64,000 bases of DNA from Candidatus Hodarchaeota archaeon. GTDB lineage: Archaea > Asgardarchaeota > Heimdallarchaeia > Hodarchaeales > Hodarchaeaceae. Below the pieces are notes generated by a model, which ran no database searches, was not told the origin of the DNA, and saw only the letters and a program-made list of their open reading frames with translations. The stretch spans positions 1 to 64,000 of the forward strand of contig JAEOTQ010000168.1 of NCBI GenBank assembly GCA_016839785.1, in the 5' to 3' direction. Positions 29,027 to 39,412 of the stretch are shown here, one piece after another. Position 1 is the first letter of the stretch. Each line of letters opens with the position of its first letter. A program made the translations under genes and the position numbers.

Positions 29027-30118
29027 ATGGAACCCTTATTTATTCCTGGATTGAAATTAGGTCAATTTTTTTTTGAGGAAGCAATTAAACCAATCTTAGA
29101 AGAAAACTATCCCACACTGCGCTATGATGCAGCATTAATAGGCCCTGGATCTGAGGTACTTGGATTTGATGATCAGATCTCATCCGACCATCATTGGGGT
29201 CCTCGTCTTCAGTTATTTTTATCAAAAAAAGATTATTCACATCTTAAGGATGAGATAGATTCCTTTTTAAGAAAAAATTTGCCTTATAACATCAGGGGGT
29301 ACTCAACTCATTGGAGTGAACCTGATCCAAATGATTCTGGTAGTCAGTTCTTAGAACCAAAATCAACTGGATTGGTAAATCACCGTGTGGAAATTTATAG
29401 CATTAGTTCATACTTAAAGAAGGTTCTTAACATTGAAACCACCGCGTTAACAGGTATCGATTGGTTAGTTTTACCTGAGCAGCGGTTACTCGAGTTAACA
29501 TCAGGGAGGGTGTATCACTCGACCCTTGGGGAGATATTGAGGGTTAGAAAACACTTTGCTTACTATCCAGAGAATGTGTGGTACTACAAAATTGTGTCTG
29601 AATGGGATCATATTGCAGAAGAGATTGCCTTTGTTGGTCGATCCGCCCCTAGAGGAGATGATTTAGGATCTAGACTTGTTGCAGCTCGCCTTGTGAAGTA
29701 TATCATTAGGTTAGCGTTTATTTTAAGTAGAACATATGTACCTTATTCTAAATGGTTTGCCTATTCGTTTTCTTCTTTATCGATTGCTTCTAACCTTCAA
29801 CCTGTTCTTCTAGAAATTCTAAATCAAAATAGTTGGCGGAAACGTGAGAAGTTACTAACCAAGGCTTATCTCATTCTTCTTGATTATCAAAATTCTCTTC
29901 ACATAACACCTAAAATTGATCTTCAACCTACAAAGTACCATACACGTGACCAAATCGTCATTGATGTGCATAAAATAATCCTAGAGTTAAAAAAATTAAT
30001 AAAATCTCCATTAGATGATATAAAATATCATCTAGGCTCTGTTGATCAATTCATTGTTGATACCCATATTCTCACGGATGCACAGTACGCAGAAAACGCG
30101 AGGAATTTCTACTACTAA
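29027..30118 (+). CDS. DUF4037-domain nucleotidyltransferase-like protein
   Basis: AALIGPGSEVLGFDD.ISSDHHWGPR, YYPE, PYSKW. Confidence 0.82.
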   Translation: MEPLFIPGLKLGQFFFEEAIKPILEENYPTLRYDAALIGPGSEVLGFDDQISSDHHWGPRLQLFLSKKDYSHLKDEIDSFLRKNLPYNIRGYSTHWSEPDPNDSGSQFLEPKSTGLVNHRVEIYSISSYLKKVLNIETTALTGIDWLVLPEQRLLELTSGRVYHSTLGEILRVRKHFAYYPENVWYYKIVSEWDHIAEEIAFVGRSAPRGDDLGSRLVAARLVKYIIRLAFILSRTYVPYSKWFAYSFSSLSIASNLQPVLLEILNQNSWRKREKLLTKAYLILLDYQNSLHITPKIDLQPTKYHTRDQIVIDVHKIILELKKLIKSPLDDIKYHLGSVDQFIVDTHILTDAQYAENARNFYY

Positions 30119-30164
30119 TTTCTTCCCTAAATGATAATAAGTTCTGAATTTTCTTTGAATTTTT

Positions 30165-31139
30165 ATGCAAGATTTGAGTCCAAAAGTCGCTATTATTGGT
30201 GGAGGTAATGTTGGTATCCGCTATGCCTATGCATTGATGATAAGAGGGCTTGCACGTCATATTGTTATTGTAGATATTGATATACATAAGGTTCAGGGAG
30301 AAATTATGGATTTATCGCATGGAATTCCCTATACCTCACCTGTTAAACTGGAAGTAGGCGGTTATCAGGCAATAAAAGGGTCTGATCTTGTCGTAATTAC
30401 TGCAGGTAAAAATCGTAAACCAGGAGAATCACGTTTAGATTTAACAAAAGCCAACGTTACTTTGTACAAGAAAATCATCCCTCAAATCATGGAATATGCT
30501 CCTTCAGCTCTTTTTCTTGTAGTCACGAATCCTGTAGATATCTTATCTTTTGTAGCATTTAAACTTTCAAATAAGCCTGAATCAGAAGTTATTGGTGCAG
30601 GGACTGTGTTGGATACTGCTCGCTTTCGAAATCTTATTGCCGCTCATTGTAAAGTCGACTCTCGGAATGTTCATGGGTATATCTTGGGTGAACATGGTGA
30701 AACAGAGTTTCCTGTCTGGAGTCGAGTATTAGTAGGAGGTAACTTGATTAAGGATTATTGTCCTATTTGTGAGAATTGCAATATCTGTAATCATGAAGAG
30801 GAACTTGAGAAAATCTTCGTCGAGGTTCGTGATTCAGGTGCTAAGATAATCAAGAGAAAAGGAGAGACTTCTTATGGCATCGGCTTGGCCCTTGTTAGGA
30901 TAACAGCGGCAATTTTGAATGATGAAAACTCCATTTTACCCGTTTCCTGCTTAGTAAAAGGTTATTCAGACATTCACGATGTGTATCTAAGTTTACCTGC
31001 CATAATAACTAAGAATGGAGTTAAGAAAGTTCTGGAAATCAAATTAAATAACCAAGAGCAAGATTTATTGAAGAAATCTGCGAGTAAAATAAAGCAAAAT
31101 ATTGATGAAATCCTCCCCTTGTTAGAAACACAATACTGA
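30165..31139 (+). CDS. L-lactate/malate dehydrogenase family enzyme (LDH-like scaffold, Arg at the specificity position)
   Basis: IIGGGNVG, DLSHG, TAGKNRKPGESRLDL, TNPVD, GTVLDTARF, GEHG, KGETSYGIG. Confidence 0.9.
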   Translation: MQDLSPKVAIIGGGNVGIRYAYALMIRGLARHIVIVDIDIHKVQGEIMDLSHGIPYTSPVKLEVGGYQAIKGSDLVVITAGKNRKPGESRLDLTKANVTLYKKIIPQIMEYAPSALFLVVTNPVDILSFVAFKLSNKPESEVIGAGTVLDTARFRNLIAAHCKVDSRNVHGYILGEHGETEFPVWSRVLVGGNLIKDYCPICENCNICNHEEELEKIFVEVRDSGAKIIKRKGETSYGIGLALVRITAAILNDENSILPVSCLVKGYSDIHDVYLSLPAIITKNGVKKVLEIKLNNQEQDLLKKSASKIKQNIDEILPLLETQY

Positions 31140-31226
31140 GGAATATTAAATCTGCCCCCTGTCTGTAAGTCTGTTACGATTAGATTTTTAAATCCTCTGA
31201 CTTATTATTAGAAGAGTGATTGAATC

Positions 31227-32540
31227 ATGATTTCACGGAAATATAACATATTTTTGTTTTTTTTAGGTTTACTTCTCATTTCATCTATTTTTTTGCCTGG
31301 AAAGGGAACAACTGAACATATTTCATCAACAGTCCCGATCCCATCTGTAGGATTAATAGGAACTTGGGTGAGTGATGCTGGGTACAACGAAACGGTCGAA
31401 ATCGTCGATGAAAATACAACTCATTTTTTTATTGAGTTTTATCCAGATAGTCCAACACCTATGTCCTCTACTGTCAGTAAAGATGTATATATTGACCATT
31501 CCTATCTACAGGGGGATCTAGGAGGCTGGGGAGGATGGATTAGTGTTGATGGATTAACCATAGGAGAAAATGTCACTTTAGGGACGATGGTTCTTGAAGT
31601 GGTTGGGATTGATAATCTCACTCTTCCATTAGGTACATTTCCCGTTTATATAGCCAATACAACCGATGATCGATCCTATATGTACCACACAAGTTCTGGA
31701 CTCTTGCTGGGATACCATAATTATGAAGCACCTGGTGGTGAATTCCACTATCTTCTTACAACGAATGGTGATTTGACTGCAGATTCTGACGATATCGACA
31801 TTCCTTTTATCGGATTTAGAGCAGTTTATATTTATGCAGACGATAATGGGACTATTCTTCTTAATGAAACTATCCTTATTACTGGTGAGAACTCCTCACA
31901 TTACTTCGCAGATATGTTTACTGACGGAAGTCTCGTAGACAACTCATTTATTTCCAAGGCTATTTGGATGGATCGAGTGTATAAATGGACATTTGGCGGT
32001 GGAGATTTTGGTTGGCCTATCTGGATTAATGTAACTAGCTTAACTCTTGGTGAGAATATTACTTTGGGTTGGGAGAGTTATGAGGTAGTTGATAAGGTTC
32101 ATATTTCCGTACCTGTGGGTAATTTCGAAGTGTGGAATGTTTCAAGACCCCTCGATAACAGAACTTATTGGTATGAAGTTAACTTGGGTCTTCTAGTCGC
32201 ATATGCCTCCAGTGATGAATATCACTATCTTGATGACACAAATGCTTTCAATTGGAACGAAACAACAACAACCGTTATTACTACAACAGCTCCTGAAACC
32301 ACTACACCTGGTACTGAGACTTCAACAACTGAGCCAGAAACTACAGATCCTATAGTGGAGAATACTACAACCACTTTTGCAGAAGGATCTACGAGTTCTG
32401 AACCAGATACAACTACCGAAGATGGTGATTCATCTACAACAGAAGATTCAACAAGTCCTTCGATTTCCCCTGGTTTTTCTCTTCCTATTGTACTAACAAC
32501 GTTTGGGATCTTTTATTGGATCTTCTCTCGTCGAAAATAG
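31227..32540 (+). CDS. Secreted cell-surface glycoprotein with PGF-CTERM-like anchor
   Basis: Signal peptide, two internal repeats (WI.V..LT.GEN.TLG...G.F.V...GLL), Thr-rich linker, SPGF-TM-RRK. Confidence 0.8.
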   Translation: MISRKYNIFLFFLGLLLISSIFLPGKGTTEHISSTVPIPSVGLIGTWVSDAGYNETVEIVDENTTHFFIEFYPDSPTPMSSTVSKDVYIDHSYLQGDLGGWGGWISVDGLTIGENVTLGTMVLEVVGIDNLTLPLGTFPVYIANTTDDRSYMYHTSSGLLLGYHNYEAPGGEFHYLLTTNGDLTADSDDIDIPFIGFRAVYIYADDNGTILLNETILITGENSSHYFADMFTDGSLVDNSFISKAIWMDRVYKWTFGGGDFGWPIWINVTSLTLGENITLGWESYEVVDKVHISVPVGNFEVWNVSRPLDNRTYWYEVNLGLLVAYASSDEYHYLDDTNAFNWNETTTTVITTTAPETTTPGTETSTTEPETTDPIVENTTTTFAEGSTSSEPDTTTEDGDSSTTEDSTSPSISPGFSLPIVLTTFGIFYWIFSRRK

Positions 32541-32558
32541 TGTACAGGTATTCCAAAA

Positions 32559-33152
32559 CTATTTTCCTTTTTTTTCGTTCGAACCGTGAGAATTGATGAT
32601 ATGAAATTGGATATCTATTTGCGAATTTAAAGTTGCAATCGTAAGGTGAGAATGCTCGTAGTCTTCTATAGACCAAACAGGAGATTGTGTTAACAAACTT
32701 CTCTCTAGAAGAGATTGATTCTTATTATTCATATCGACTCCGATTTGTTCCACATTCGTTGACTCCAGGAAACCTTCCAATTTTCTGGACATTATATGGT
32801 TTAGGTGGAACCAACAAATTCTAGACGAGGACAAGTAACGTGCGAGAGTCTGTAATTTAGCGATCTTCACTTCTTTACATTCAATCCAGATATCGATTTC
32901 GGGATTCACTTCTTGGGGAATTTCGGGATTTTTAAAAGCCACTAAATCAGGTTTAAATCCCCGATATCGAAATTTTGGTTCTAAAATTAGCTGATGACTA
33001 CTCTTATAGAAATAGAGCAATGCAAGGAGTTTAAGGATTATGTGTAACATGGTTTCAGATTTACTCTTTTCCACGATTACAGTTTGTTGATTATAATAAC
33101 CATTATTAAGAGAAAATATAATCTTTAATTTGATTTTTAAAGGAATTGGCAA
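32559..33152 (-). CDS. YaeQ-like PD-(D/E)xK fold protein
   Basis: ETMLHIILKLLA, KPDLV, WIECK. Confidence 0.55.
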   Translation of the reverse strand: MPIPLKIKLKIIFSLNNGYYNQQTVIVEKSKSETMLHIILKLLALLYFYKSSHQLILEPKFRYRGFKPDLVAFKNPEIPQEVNPEIDIWIECKEVKIAKLQTLARYLSSSRICWFHLNHIMSRKLEGFLESTNVEQIGVDMNNKNQSLLERSLLTQSPVWSIEDYEHSHLTIATLNSQIDIQFHIINSHGSNEKKGK

Positions 33153-33201
33153 TCATTTTCAACTTAATATTTCATTATTTTTGAATTGTCGTTTCAAACT
33201 T

Positions 33202-34071
33202 CTAAGGGATAATTCCAAACATCTCTTTGATGATCTTGGCTGCAGCGAATCCAGTAATATTAGAAATATCTTTTGATGGGTTAATTTCGACTATATCAAA
33301 GAATTTAATTGGTAATCCTGATAGTTCGTGAATTAAATCTACAATATTAGACATTGACAAACCTGCTGGTTCGGGATTTCCTACACCCGGGGCATTAGCG
33401 GGATCTAGAACATCTAGATCTATTGAAATGTAGATCTGCTCTAAATGGTTTAATTTTTCTTTGATTCTAGTTACAATCGTATCATAACCAAGGTATTGTA
33501 CATCTTTTCGAGAAAAAACCAAAACTCCATTTTCTCTTGAAAAATCATTTTGCTCCTTCGTAGAAGCTCTAATTCCAATTTGAACTATATCTTGAGGATT
33601 AATTTGGGTATTATCTAATATTCTTCGTATAACACACGCATGGGAGTATTTATCTCCTTCATATTCATTATAAAGATCTGGATGAGCATCAAAATATATT
33701 ATACCAGTAGTAGAAGGATTTATGGCATGCATACAAAGATATGTAACTAGATGGTCCCCCCCTAAGAATAGGATGGGTTCCTCTTTCCTATATTGATTTA
33801 AACGATACCTAATATTATCAATGATTTCGTCTAAGTCTTTAACTTCTGTATCAACGTTTCCGAGATCAATTATATTCCATCGTTGGTTTAAATCTGTTCC
33901 TGTTTCAGTAAAACTATTGTAAACTTTCGATGATGTAGATTTTCTTATATAATCCGGACCTTGGACAGAACCAAATCTGTAAGAGGAGGACTTATCCCAG
34001 GGAATTCCAAGAACAAGAAGATTTCGGGCCTTTCTGTTAGGATTGTCAATCAAATTGAAAAAATCACTCAT
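33202..34071 (-). CDS. speB: Agmatinase (ureohydrolase family)
   Basis: GGDH, DAHPD, SHA, SIDLDVLDP..APGVGNPEPAG, DIVEINP. Confidence 0.9.
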   Translation of the reverse strand: MSDFFNLIDNPNRKARNLLVLGIPWDKSSSYRFGSVQGPDYIRKSTSSKVYNSFTETGTDLNQRWNIIDLGNVDTEVKDLDEIIDNIRYRLNQYRKEEPILFLGGDHLVTYLCMHAINPSTTGIIYFDAHPDLYNEYEGDKYSHACVIRRILDNTQINPQDIVQIGIRASTKEQNDFSRENGVLVFSRKDVQYLGYDTIVTRIKEKLNHLEQIYISIDLDVLDPANAPGVGNPEPAGLSMSNIVDLIHELSGLPIKFFDIVEINPSKDISNITGFAAAKIIKEMFGIIP

Positions 34072-34264
34072 TAGCTAACCGACTCGTGTTAAGACAATTT
34101 CTGAATTCATTATAGATGTCATTAAGTATAATCTTTAGTTTCTTTTTATTCATCTCTAAGTCGCAATCACGAAGTTCTTTTATGCTTTGACTAGGAAAAA
34201 TAGTAGAAGATAGAGTGTGATAGTTATATATTATTGAGAAAGAAATCTTATACAGATTTGGTGC

Positions 34265-34852
34265 ATGAAATTGAATAAGAGGAAATATCGATGTGAATGG
34301 GCTGGAGAGGAGGAACAAATGCGCGATTATCATGATAAAGAGTGGGGAGTGCCTGTTCATGATGATCGTGAGCTGTTCGAATTACTAATTCTAGAAGGAG
34401 CGCAGGCTGGTTTAAGTTGGGCTACTATTTTAAAGCGAAGAGAAGGTTATCGTAAAGCTTTTGCTAATTTTAATGTAAATAAAGTAGCTCAATTCACAGA
34501 AGAGGATTTCGATAGGTTAATTGAAGATAAAGGAATTGTACGTAACAAATTAAAGGTAAAAAGCGCAATAAATAATGCACGACGTTTCATTGAAGTACAA
34601 AAAGAGTTTGGAACATTTAATGAATTTATTTGGTCATTTATTGATTATAAACCAATCAATAATCAATTTAAGTCACTTTCAGAGATTCCTGCCTCGACAC
34701 CTCTCTCAGAAAAGATAAGTAAAGACTTAAAGAAACGTGGATTTAATTTTATAGGTCCTACAATCTGTTACGCATATATGCAATCAATAGGAATGGTTAA
34801 TGACCATATAGTCAGCTGTTTTTGTTATAACACTATTAGTAAATTGAAGTAA
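34265..34852 (+). CDS. tag: DNA-3-methyladenine glycosylase I
   Basis: RCEW, YHDKEWG, LEGAQAGLSW, IVRNKLK, GMVNDH..SC. Confidence 0.95.
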   Translation: MKLNKRKYRCEWAGEEEQMRDYHDKEWGVPVHDDRELFELLILEGAQAGLSWATILKRREGYRKAFANFNVNKVAQFTEEDFDRLIEDKGIVRNKLKVKSAINNARRFIEVQKEFGTFNEFIWSFIDYKPINNQFKSLSEIPASTPLSEKISKDLKKRGFNFIGPTICYAYMQSIGMVNDHIVSCFCYNTISKLK

Positions 34853-34963
34853 TTCCTAAGAGTCCCTCTCACAACTGTATGAAGTTTTCAAATTATTTCA
34901 AGTACTTACCTTGACTGAGAAACAATTTTATAACCTCACTAGTTAACTGCATTCTGTTTCATT

Positions 34964-36628
34964 ATGTCTTTAATCTATATGAAAGCTTTGGAGAAAGATC
35001 CTCAATCATATGACTTGGAATTCAAAAAGAGGTTTCCTGAAGCTGAATTTATTTATGATTTAATCAAATCAAGAATTGGTCATAAAGGACGAGTTCTTGA
35101 GGTCGGAAGTGGAACTGGTCGATTAGCGATCGCTATCGCAAAGCAAGGATTCGAAGTTACAGCTATTGATGTCTCAGATATAATGATCGAACAAGGAAGA
35201 AATACTGCGGATCAGGAAAGCATTGGAGTAGAATTTATCACTGGAAACTTCATTTCTCTCCCTTTATTCGAACATTTAAAGAATTCTGAGCCTTTCGATT
35301 TTATTATCTCTACCTTTGCTCTTTCTGAGTTTTCTCCGCTCCAACAAACTCTCTTCCTAAAACAAGTCTCTCTCTTATTAAAAGAAGAAGGAAAATGCTT
35401 TCTTGCTGTGGATACAGCTCCTAGTTCGGGTATACCAAAAATAGTCTTTTCAATTGAGAATTTTATTCGTGCACAGATTTCGATTTTTAAGGATATACCT
35501 TCTACAACTCCTGTCAAAAAAATCGAAACAAAATTAGCTTCTTATTTTGAAAGTACGCTTCTTTATAAAAAGAAAACAATCAAACTATTTGAAATTACAA
35601 AGAAAAGTGATGATAAAACCATAACTAAAGAAATTACAAATGTTGAATCAGTACTGGGACAATTCCCTCAATTAAAATCTGCTTATTGCATTATTAATGG
35701 AATTTTAACACGAAAGCATGTGCCCCCTGGCTTATATAAAATAGGGAATCCTAAAAGAAATTCCCCTGTATTAGTAACAGCAAATTATTATTGGACTGTG
35801 AATTCTGTCTACAATACTCTTCACAGAGATGATATCGATTGTTTTCTGCTAATTATTGATTCTGATGGGATAAATGTATGGTGTGCTGCTGGAGGAGGGC
35901 ATTTTACACACACTCAGATATTGGAAGCGATTCAGCTATTTGATCTCAAAAATTTTATTGATCACACCTCTCTAATATTGCCCCAACTATCAGCTACTGG
36001 AGTAGATCGTAAAGTATTGTCCAAATCAGGTTGGAAACCTATTTTTGGGCCCATTGATATCAAAAATGTGAAATCGTTCCTGCAGACATTTACAAAAAAC
36101 TCTGAAACCGCAAAAATTGATTTTAAAATACCTTTCAGAACGCTTATGGGAATACAACACGCGTTCTTTATTAGTTGCGTTATGTTCCTCCCTTTGTTAT
36201 TAATTCTAGGATTATTAGCTGCTATAAAGATTCCCCTGACTTTATTTTGGATTTCTGTTGTTATTCAACTTTTAATTCTCGGAGTGATAACCAATATGTT
36301 ATTTATATGGATATACCCAGTTTTTGACTTCACGTCCTCATTCTTTAAGAAGGGGCTTTTTGTTGCTATAATTAATTCGATTGTGACCGTTCTTTATCTA
36401 ATAAGCGAAGTAAAGACCAATTCTCTATATACTATCATTTTCTGGGTAGCTCTAGTTACTATGGTGAGCTTGTTCATAGTTCTAGACCTTGCAGGAAACA
36501 CCCCCTATACAAATCACTTAGATGTCGAAAGTGATCTAACTCTGTTTATGGTTCCTGCAATAATCCTTTTTCTTATTGCTGTGCTGATTCCAATAATAAA
36601 TTCGGAAATTAAACATTTACTGTTTTGA
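34964..36628 (+). CDS. Class I SAM methyltransferase fused to an HgcA-like corrinoid membrane protein
   Basis: N-terminal VLEVGSGTG/AIDVS. PGLYKIGNP..SPVLVTANY, cap helix GINVWCAAGGG, LILPQLSATGV, FGP, then about 5 TM helices and GNTPYT. Confidence 0.85.
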   Translation: MSLIYMKALEKDPQSYDLEFKKRFPEAEFIYDLIKSRIGHKGRVLEVGSGTGRLAIAIAKQGFEVTAIDVSDIMIEQGRNTADQESIGVEFITGNFISLPLFEHLKNSEPFDFIISTFALSEFSPLQQTLFLKQVSLLLKEEGKCFLAVDTAPSSGIPKIVFSIENFIRAQISIFKDIPSTTPVKKIETKLASYFESTLLYKKKTIKLFEITKKSDDKTITKEITNVESVLGQFPQLKSAYCIINGILTRKHVPPGLYKIGNPKRNSPVLVTANYYWTVNSVYNTLHRDDIDCFLLIIDSDGINVWCAAGGGHFTHTQILEAIQLFDLKNFIDHTSLILPQLSATGVDRKVLSKSGWKPIFGPIDIKNVKSFLQTFTKNSETAKIDFKIPFRTLMGIQHAFFISCVMFLPLLLILGLLAAIKIPLTLFWISVVIQLLILGVITNMLFIWIYPVFDFTSSFFKKGLFVAIINSIVTVLYLISEVKTNSLYTIIFWVALVTMVSLFIVLDLAGNTPYTNHLDVESDLTLFMVPAIILFLIAVLIPIINSEIKHLLF

Positions 36629-36640
36629 AAAGTGATGTAG

Positions 36641-36907
36641 ATGGTAGCAGTTATATTTACTGAGAGGTGTAATGGATGTGGTTGGTGTCTAGATGTCTGT
36701 CCACATCAAATAATTTCTTTAAATGAGAATAAAAAGGCAGAAATTTACGATGCTGACCGATGTATAGAATGTGGAGCATGTGCATTGCAATGTCCTAAAG
36801 ATGCAATTCTTGCTCATCCTCTTGGTTGTGGGTGTGTATCTAGTGTAGTTCGGAAGAAAATTCGCAAAGTCTTACATATACCTGAAAAATCAACGGAGTG
36901 TTGTTAA
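36641..36907 (+). CDS. HgcB-like 2[4Fe-4S] ferredoxin
   Basis: CNGCGWCLDVCP, CIECGACALQCP, GCGC, C-terminal CC. Starts 12 bp after the hgcA-like gene. Confidence 0.85.
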   Translation: MVAVIFTERCNGCGWCLDVCPHQIISLNENKKAEIYDADRCIECGACALQCPKDAILAHPLGCGCVSSVVRKKIRKVLHIPEKSTECC

Positions 36908-36983
36908 GGTTTCGAATCGTCAAGTATATATTTCGGAATTCTGAAGAGATACTACTTAAAAATTCTTACTCCTCGGGATATTT

Positions 36984-37520
36984 ATGCTTCGTAAAGAATT
37001 TCCTTTCAAGATTTCATTAGCAGGGTGTCCCAAAGAACTGATTACAAGAATCTTACAATTTACAAGTGAAAAACAAACACGAAAAAGTTTCACCCCTCCT
37101 CGTTATGAGAAGAAAATGGATATAGAAAGCGTTTCTGTTCGTCTTCACATCAAACAGTTAAAGTTAGAAAATGAGTTTACGAGTTCTCGCTTTAGAGATT
37201 TTCAATCATCCATTGAAATGATTTATATCTTTGAAATAGACAATATTCCCTGCTTTAATAAAGTAAAAACAGATTTTATTATATTCGAAAATCTTTATAA
37301 GACTGTAGGAATACACCCATACTTTTTGGGCATGGGACATGAAGAAGATTTCAGAGTATCCAACCAGATCCGACAGGAATTAGATAGATTAAACCTGAAG
37401 TACCAAAAGCTAGAACTGAAAGATAATAACTCCTTTACTCAACATATTAGATCTATAGTCTCAAAATCCAAAACCTTTCAATCAGCAACTCAAGGATCAT
37501 GTGATATTGATTTAGAATAA
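36984..37520 (+). CDS. Hypothetical protein
   Basis: 178-aa ORF with no recognised motif. Confidence 0.55.
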   Translation: MLRKEFPFKISLAGCPKELITRILQFTSEKQTRKSFTPPRYEKKMDIESVSVRLHIKQLKLENEFTSSRFRDFQSSIEMIYIFEIDNIPCFNKVKTDFIIFENLYKTVGIHPYFLGMGHEEDFRVSNQIRQELDRLNLKYQKLELKDNNSFTQHIRSIVSKSKTFQSATQGSCDIDLE

Positions 37521-37555
37521 TTTTTCAGACATGTTAAACATAATTTTGTTGAATT

Positions 37556-38665
37556 TTATAAATCTGACAAGAGTCTGCCCCATACTCTTAGTAATTGATT
37601 AATTTGTTCTTCTCTGAGAAGTTCCGAATCTTCATCATCATCATCATCACCGAAAGAAAAAGTCATGGTTTCGGTTGTTTCACCAATATATAGATCCAAT
37701 AATGCCTCTGCTGAATGAATTTTGAGCTGTGATTCACTGAGTTGTAGGATCTCTTCGATTATAAGATCCTTTATTCCAATAGCTATATCTTTTATCACTG
37801 TATAGCTGGTTTCAAAGAATTCTCTTTGAAATTTACGTGTTAGAAGAAGGTCAAGCATGAAAGTCTTGTCAATTGCCATAAAAAACTGGTTTCCATAAAT
37901 GAAGCGAAGTTTCCTTATACTAGAGCTACCAAATGCAAGAAACCGAGGTTTAGAGTTAAATAATGTCGAAAGTAATCCAATTATTGCAGAAAAATATCCT
38001 CCGAGAAGAACGTCATCCTCAATATTATAAGAAAAAGGAATATCTCCACCATCCTGATGAGAGATTAGACACCAACTGGTAGGGGAGATATAATCAACTT
38101 TTTCTGCTTTTTTTCTCAAGAAATAATGGAATAACATACATTCCTCTAAGGATAAAATTCCAAAATTTGTCCCTGATTTACCGACAATTACTTCGACTTG
38201 ATTATTTTCCATATAGGATGGATTGATATCAAGGATAATGTTTTGGAACTGTTTAGTTATTTTATCTTGATCCTTCTGATTTACATCTTCAATACTTGTG
38301 GCATAAAGTATCGAAGCTTGACCGACCAGTACAGCAGTCATTACTTCCTTAATATTGAAAGGAATTCCCTCTTTAGCCGAGATCAGCATCAGAGTCGTTG
38401 CTGGATTACTAATAATAAAATAAAAATGATTATGCAATGAAACAATAAATATTTCTGCCGTCTTTGATCCTGAGTATTGAGGAAGATCAAACGTTATACT
38501 AGCAATACCTTCACCAAATAGCTCCTCACCAAAGGTTCTTAGGCCTTTCAAAAAATCTACAACAATCTGTTGAAAATCTTTTTTTGGTTCCCCAAAAGTC
38601 CATTTTACTTCCTCTCCCTCAACAAAAATTGCCCAGTGTTCATGTAGCGTCATTAGACGATTCAT
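37556..38665 (-). CDS. Tandem longin-like domain protein
   Basis: Two segments with the Asgard longin pattern: DFLKGLRTFGEELFGEGIASITF and DDVLLGGYFSAIIGLLSTLF. Confidence 0.5.
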   Translation of the reverse strand: MNRLMTLHEHWAIFVEGEEVKWTFGEPKKDFQQIVVDFLKGLRTFGEELFGEGIASITFDLPQYSGSKTAEIFIVSLHNHFYFIISNPATTLMLISAKEGIPFNIKEVMTAVLVGQASILYATSIEDVNQKDQDKITKQFQNIILDINPSYMENNQVEVIVGKSGTNFGILSLEECMLFHYFLRKKAEKVDYISPTSWCLISHQDGGDIPFSYNIEDDVLLGGYFSAIIGLLSTLFNSKPRFLAFGSSSIRKLRFIYGNQFFMAIDKTFMLDLLLTRKFQREFFETSYTVIKDIAIGIKDLIIEEILQLSESQLKIHSAEALLDLYIGETTETMTFSFGDDDDDEDSELLREEQINQLLRVWGRLLSDL

Positions 38666-38688
38666 TCCGTACTATTTGTCTGAAAGTA

Positions 38689-39237
38689 TTATGATTCTCC
38701 AAGTTTTGCTGTTGAAATCATTAAATTTTCTACATTATTAGGAGTAAAAAAGCCATCAAAATCCCCAAATCTTTGAATATATTCAATTATGTGATTAGTC
38801 GTCTCTGTAGGCATGGTAAAAATTTGTTTAATTCCTTCTGACTCACTTCCAATTACTTTCTCTGATGTAAAGTGCACACCACGAGATTTTTGGATCGCTA
38901 CAACCTTATCTATATCTTTAACAAGGTAAGCCAAATGATGAACACGAGAGCCATACTTTTGACAGTATTTTTCTACAATAGAATCTTCATTTAACCCCTC
39001 TGAAATTACTATTACGGGTAATGTGTCATGGAGCTTGATACACGTTGTAATAGCATTCGCTCTGATGATTTTGAAATTTTTGAATTCGCGATAGGGCAAT
39101 AAATTCATCATCGATTGCATTGTAGTTAATCGCTCTCCTATTTTCACCCTGTATGCAACGTGATCCAGTTTAACGATCAATTTATCTAGTCCAGAGTCGT
39201 TAAAGTCCTCTATTACATGTTTGAGATCGATAGACAT
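38689..39237 (-). CDS. VOC / 4-HPPD C-terminal-like protein
   Basis: LDHVAY, YGSRVHHLAY, KQIFT, EYIQR..FDGFF...N..L. Confidence 0.75.
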   Translation of the reverse strand: MSIDLKHVIEDFNDSGLDKLIVKLDHVAYRVKIGERLTTMQSMMNLLPYREFKNFKIIRANAITTCIKLHDTLPVIVISEGLNEDSIVEKYCQKYGSRVHHLAYLVKDIDKVVAIQKSRGVHFTSEKVIGSESEGIKQIFTMPTETTNHIIEYIQRFGDFDGFFTPNNVENLMISTAKLGES

Positions 39238-39412
39238 GTATTTCCGTTCCTAGATTAATATTTTCATATTAACTTCTCAATAAAAGTTGTATTGATAGAT
39301 ATTAATGGGGACGATTAACGGTTTATTAATTCTTATCTGTTTATTAATTTAAATATAAATTCGCAAGGTTGTGTAAGACAACCTTTCTTCATCCCCTCCT
39401 TATTTTTCTTCA

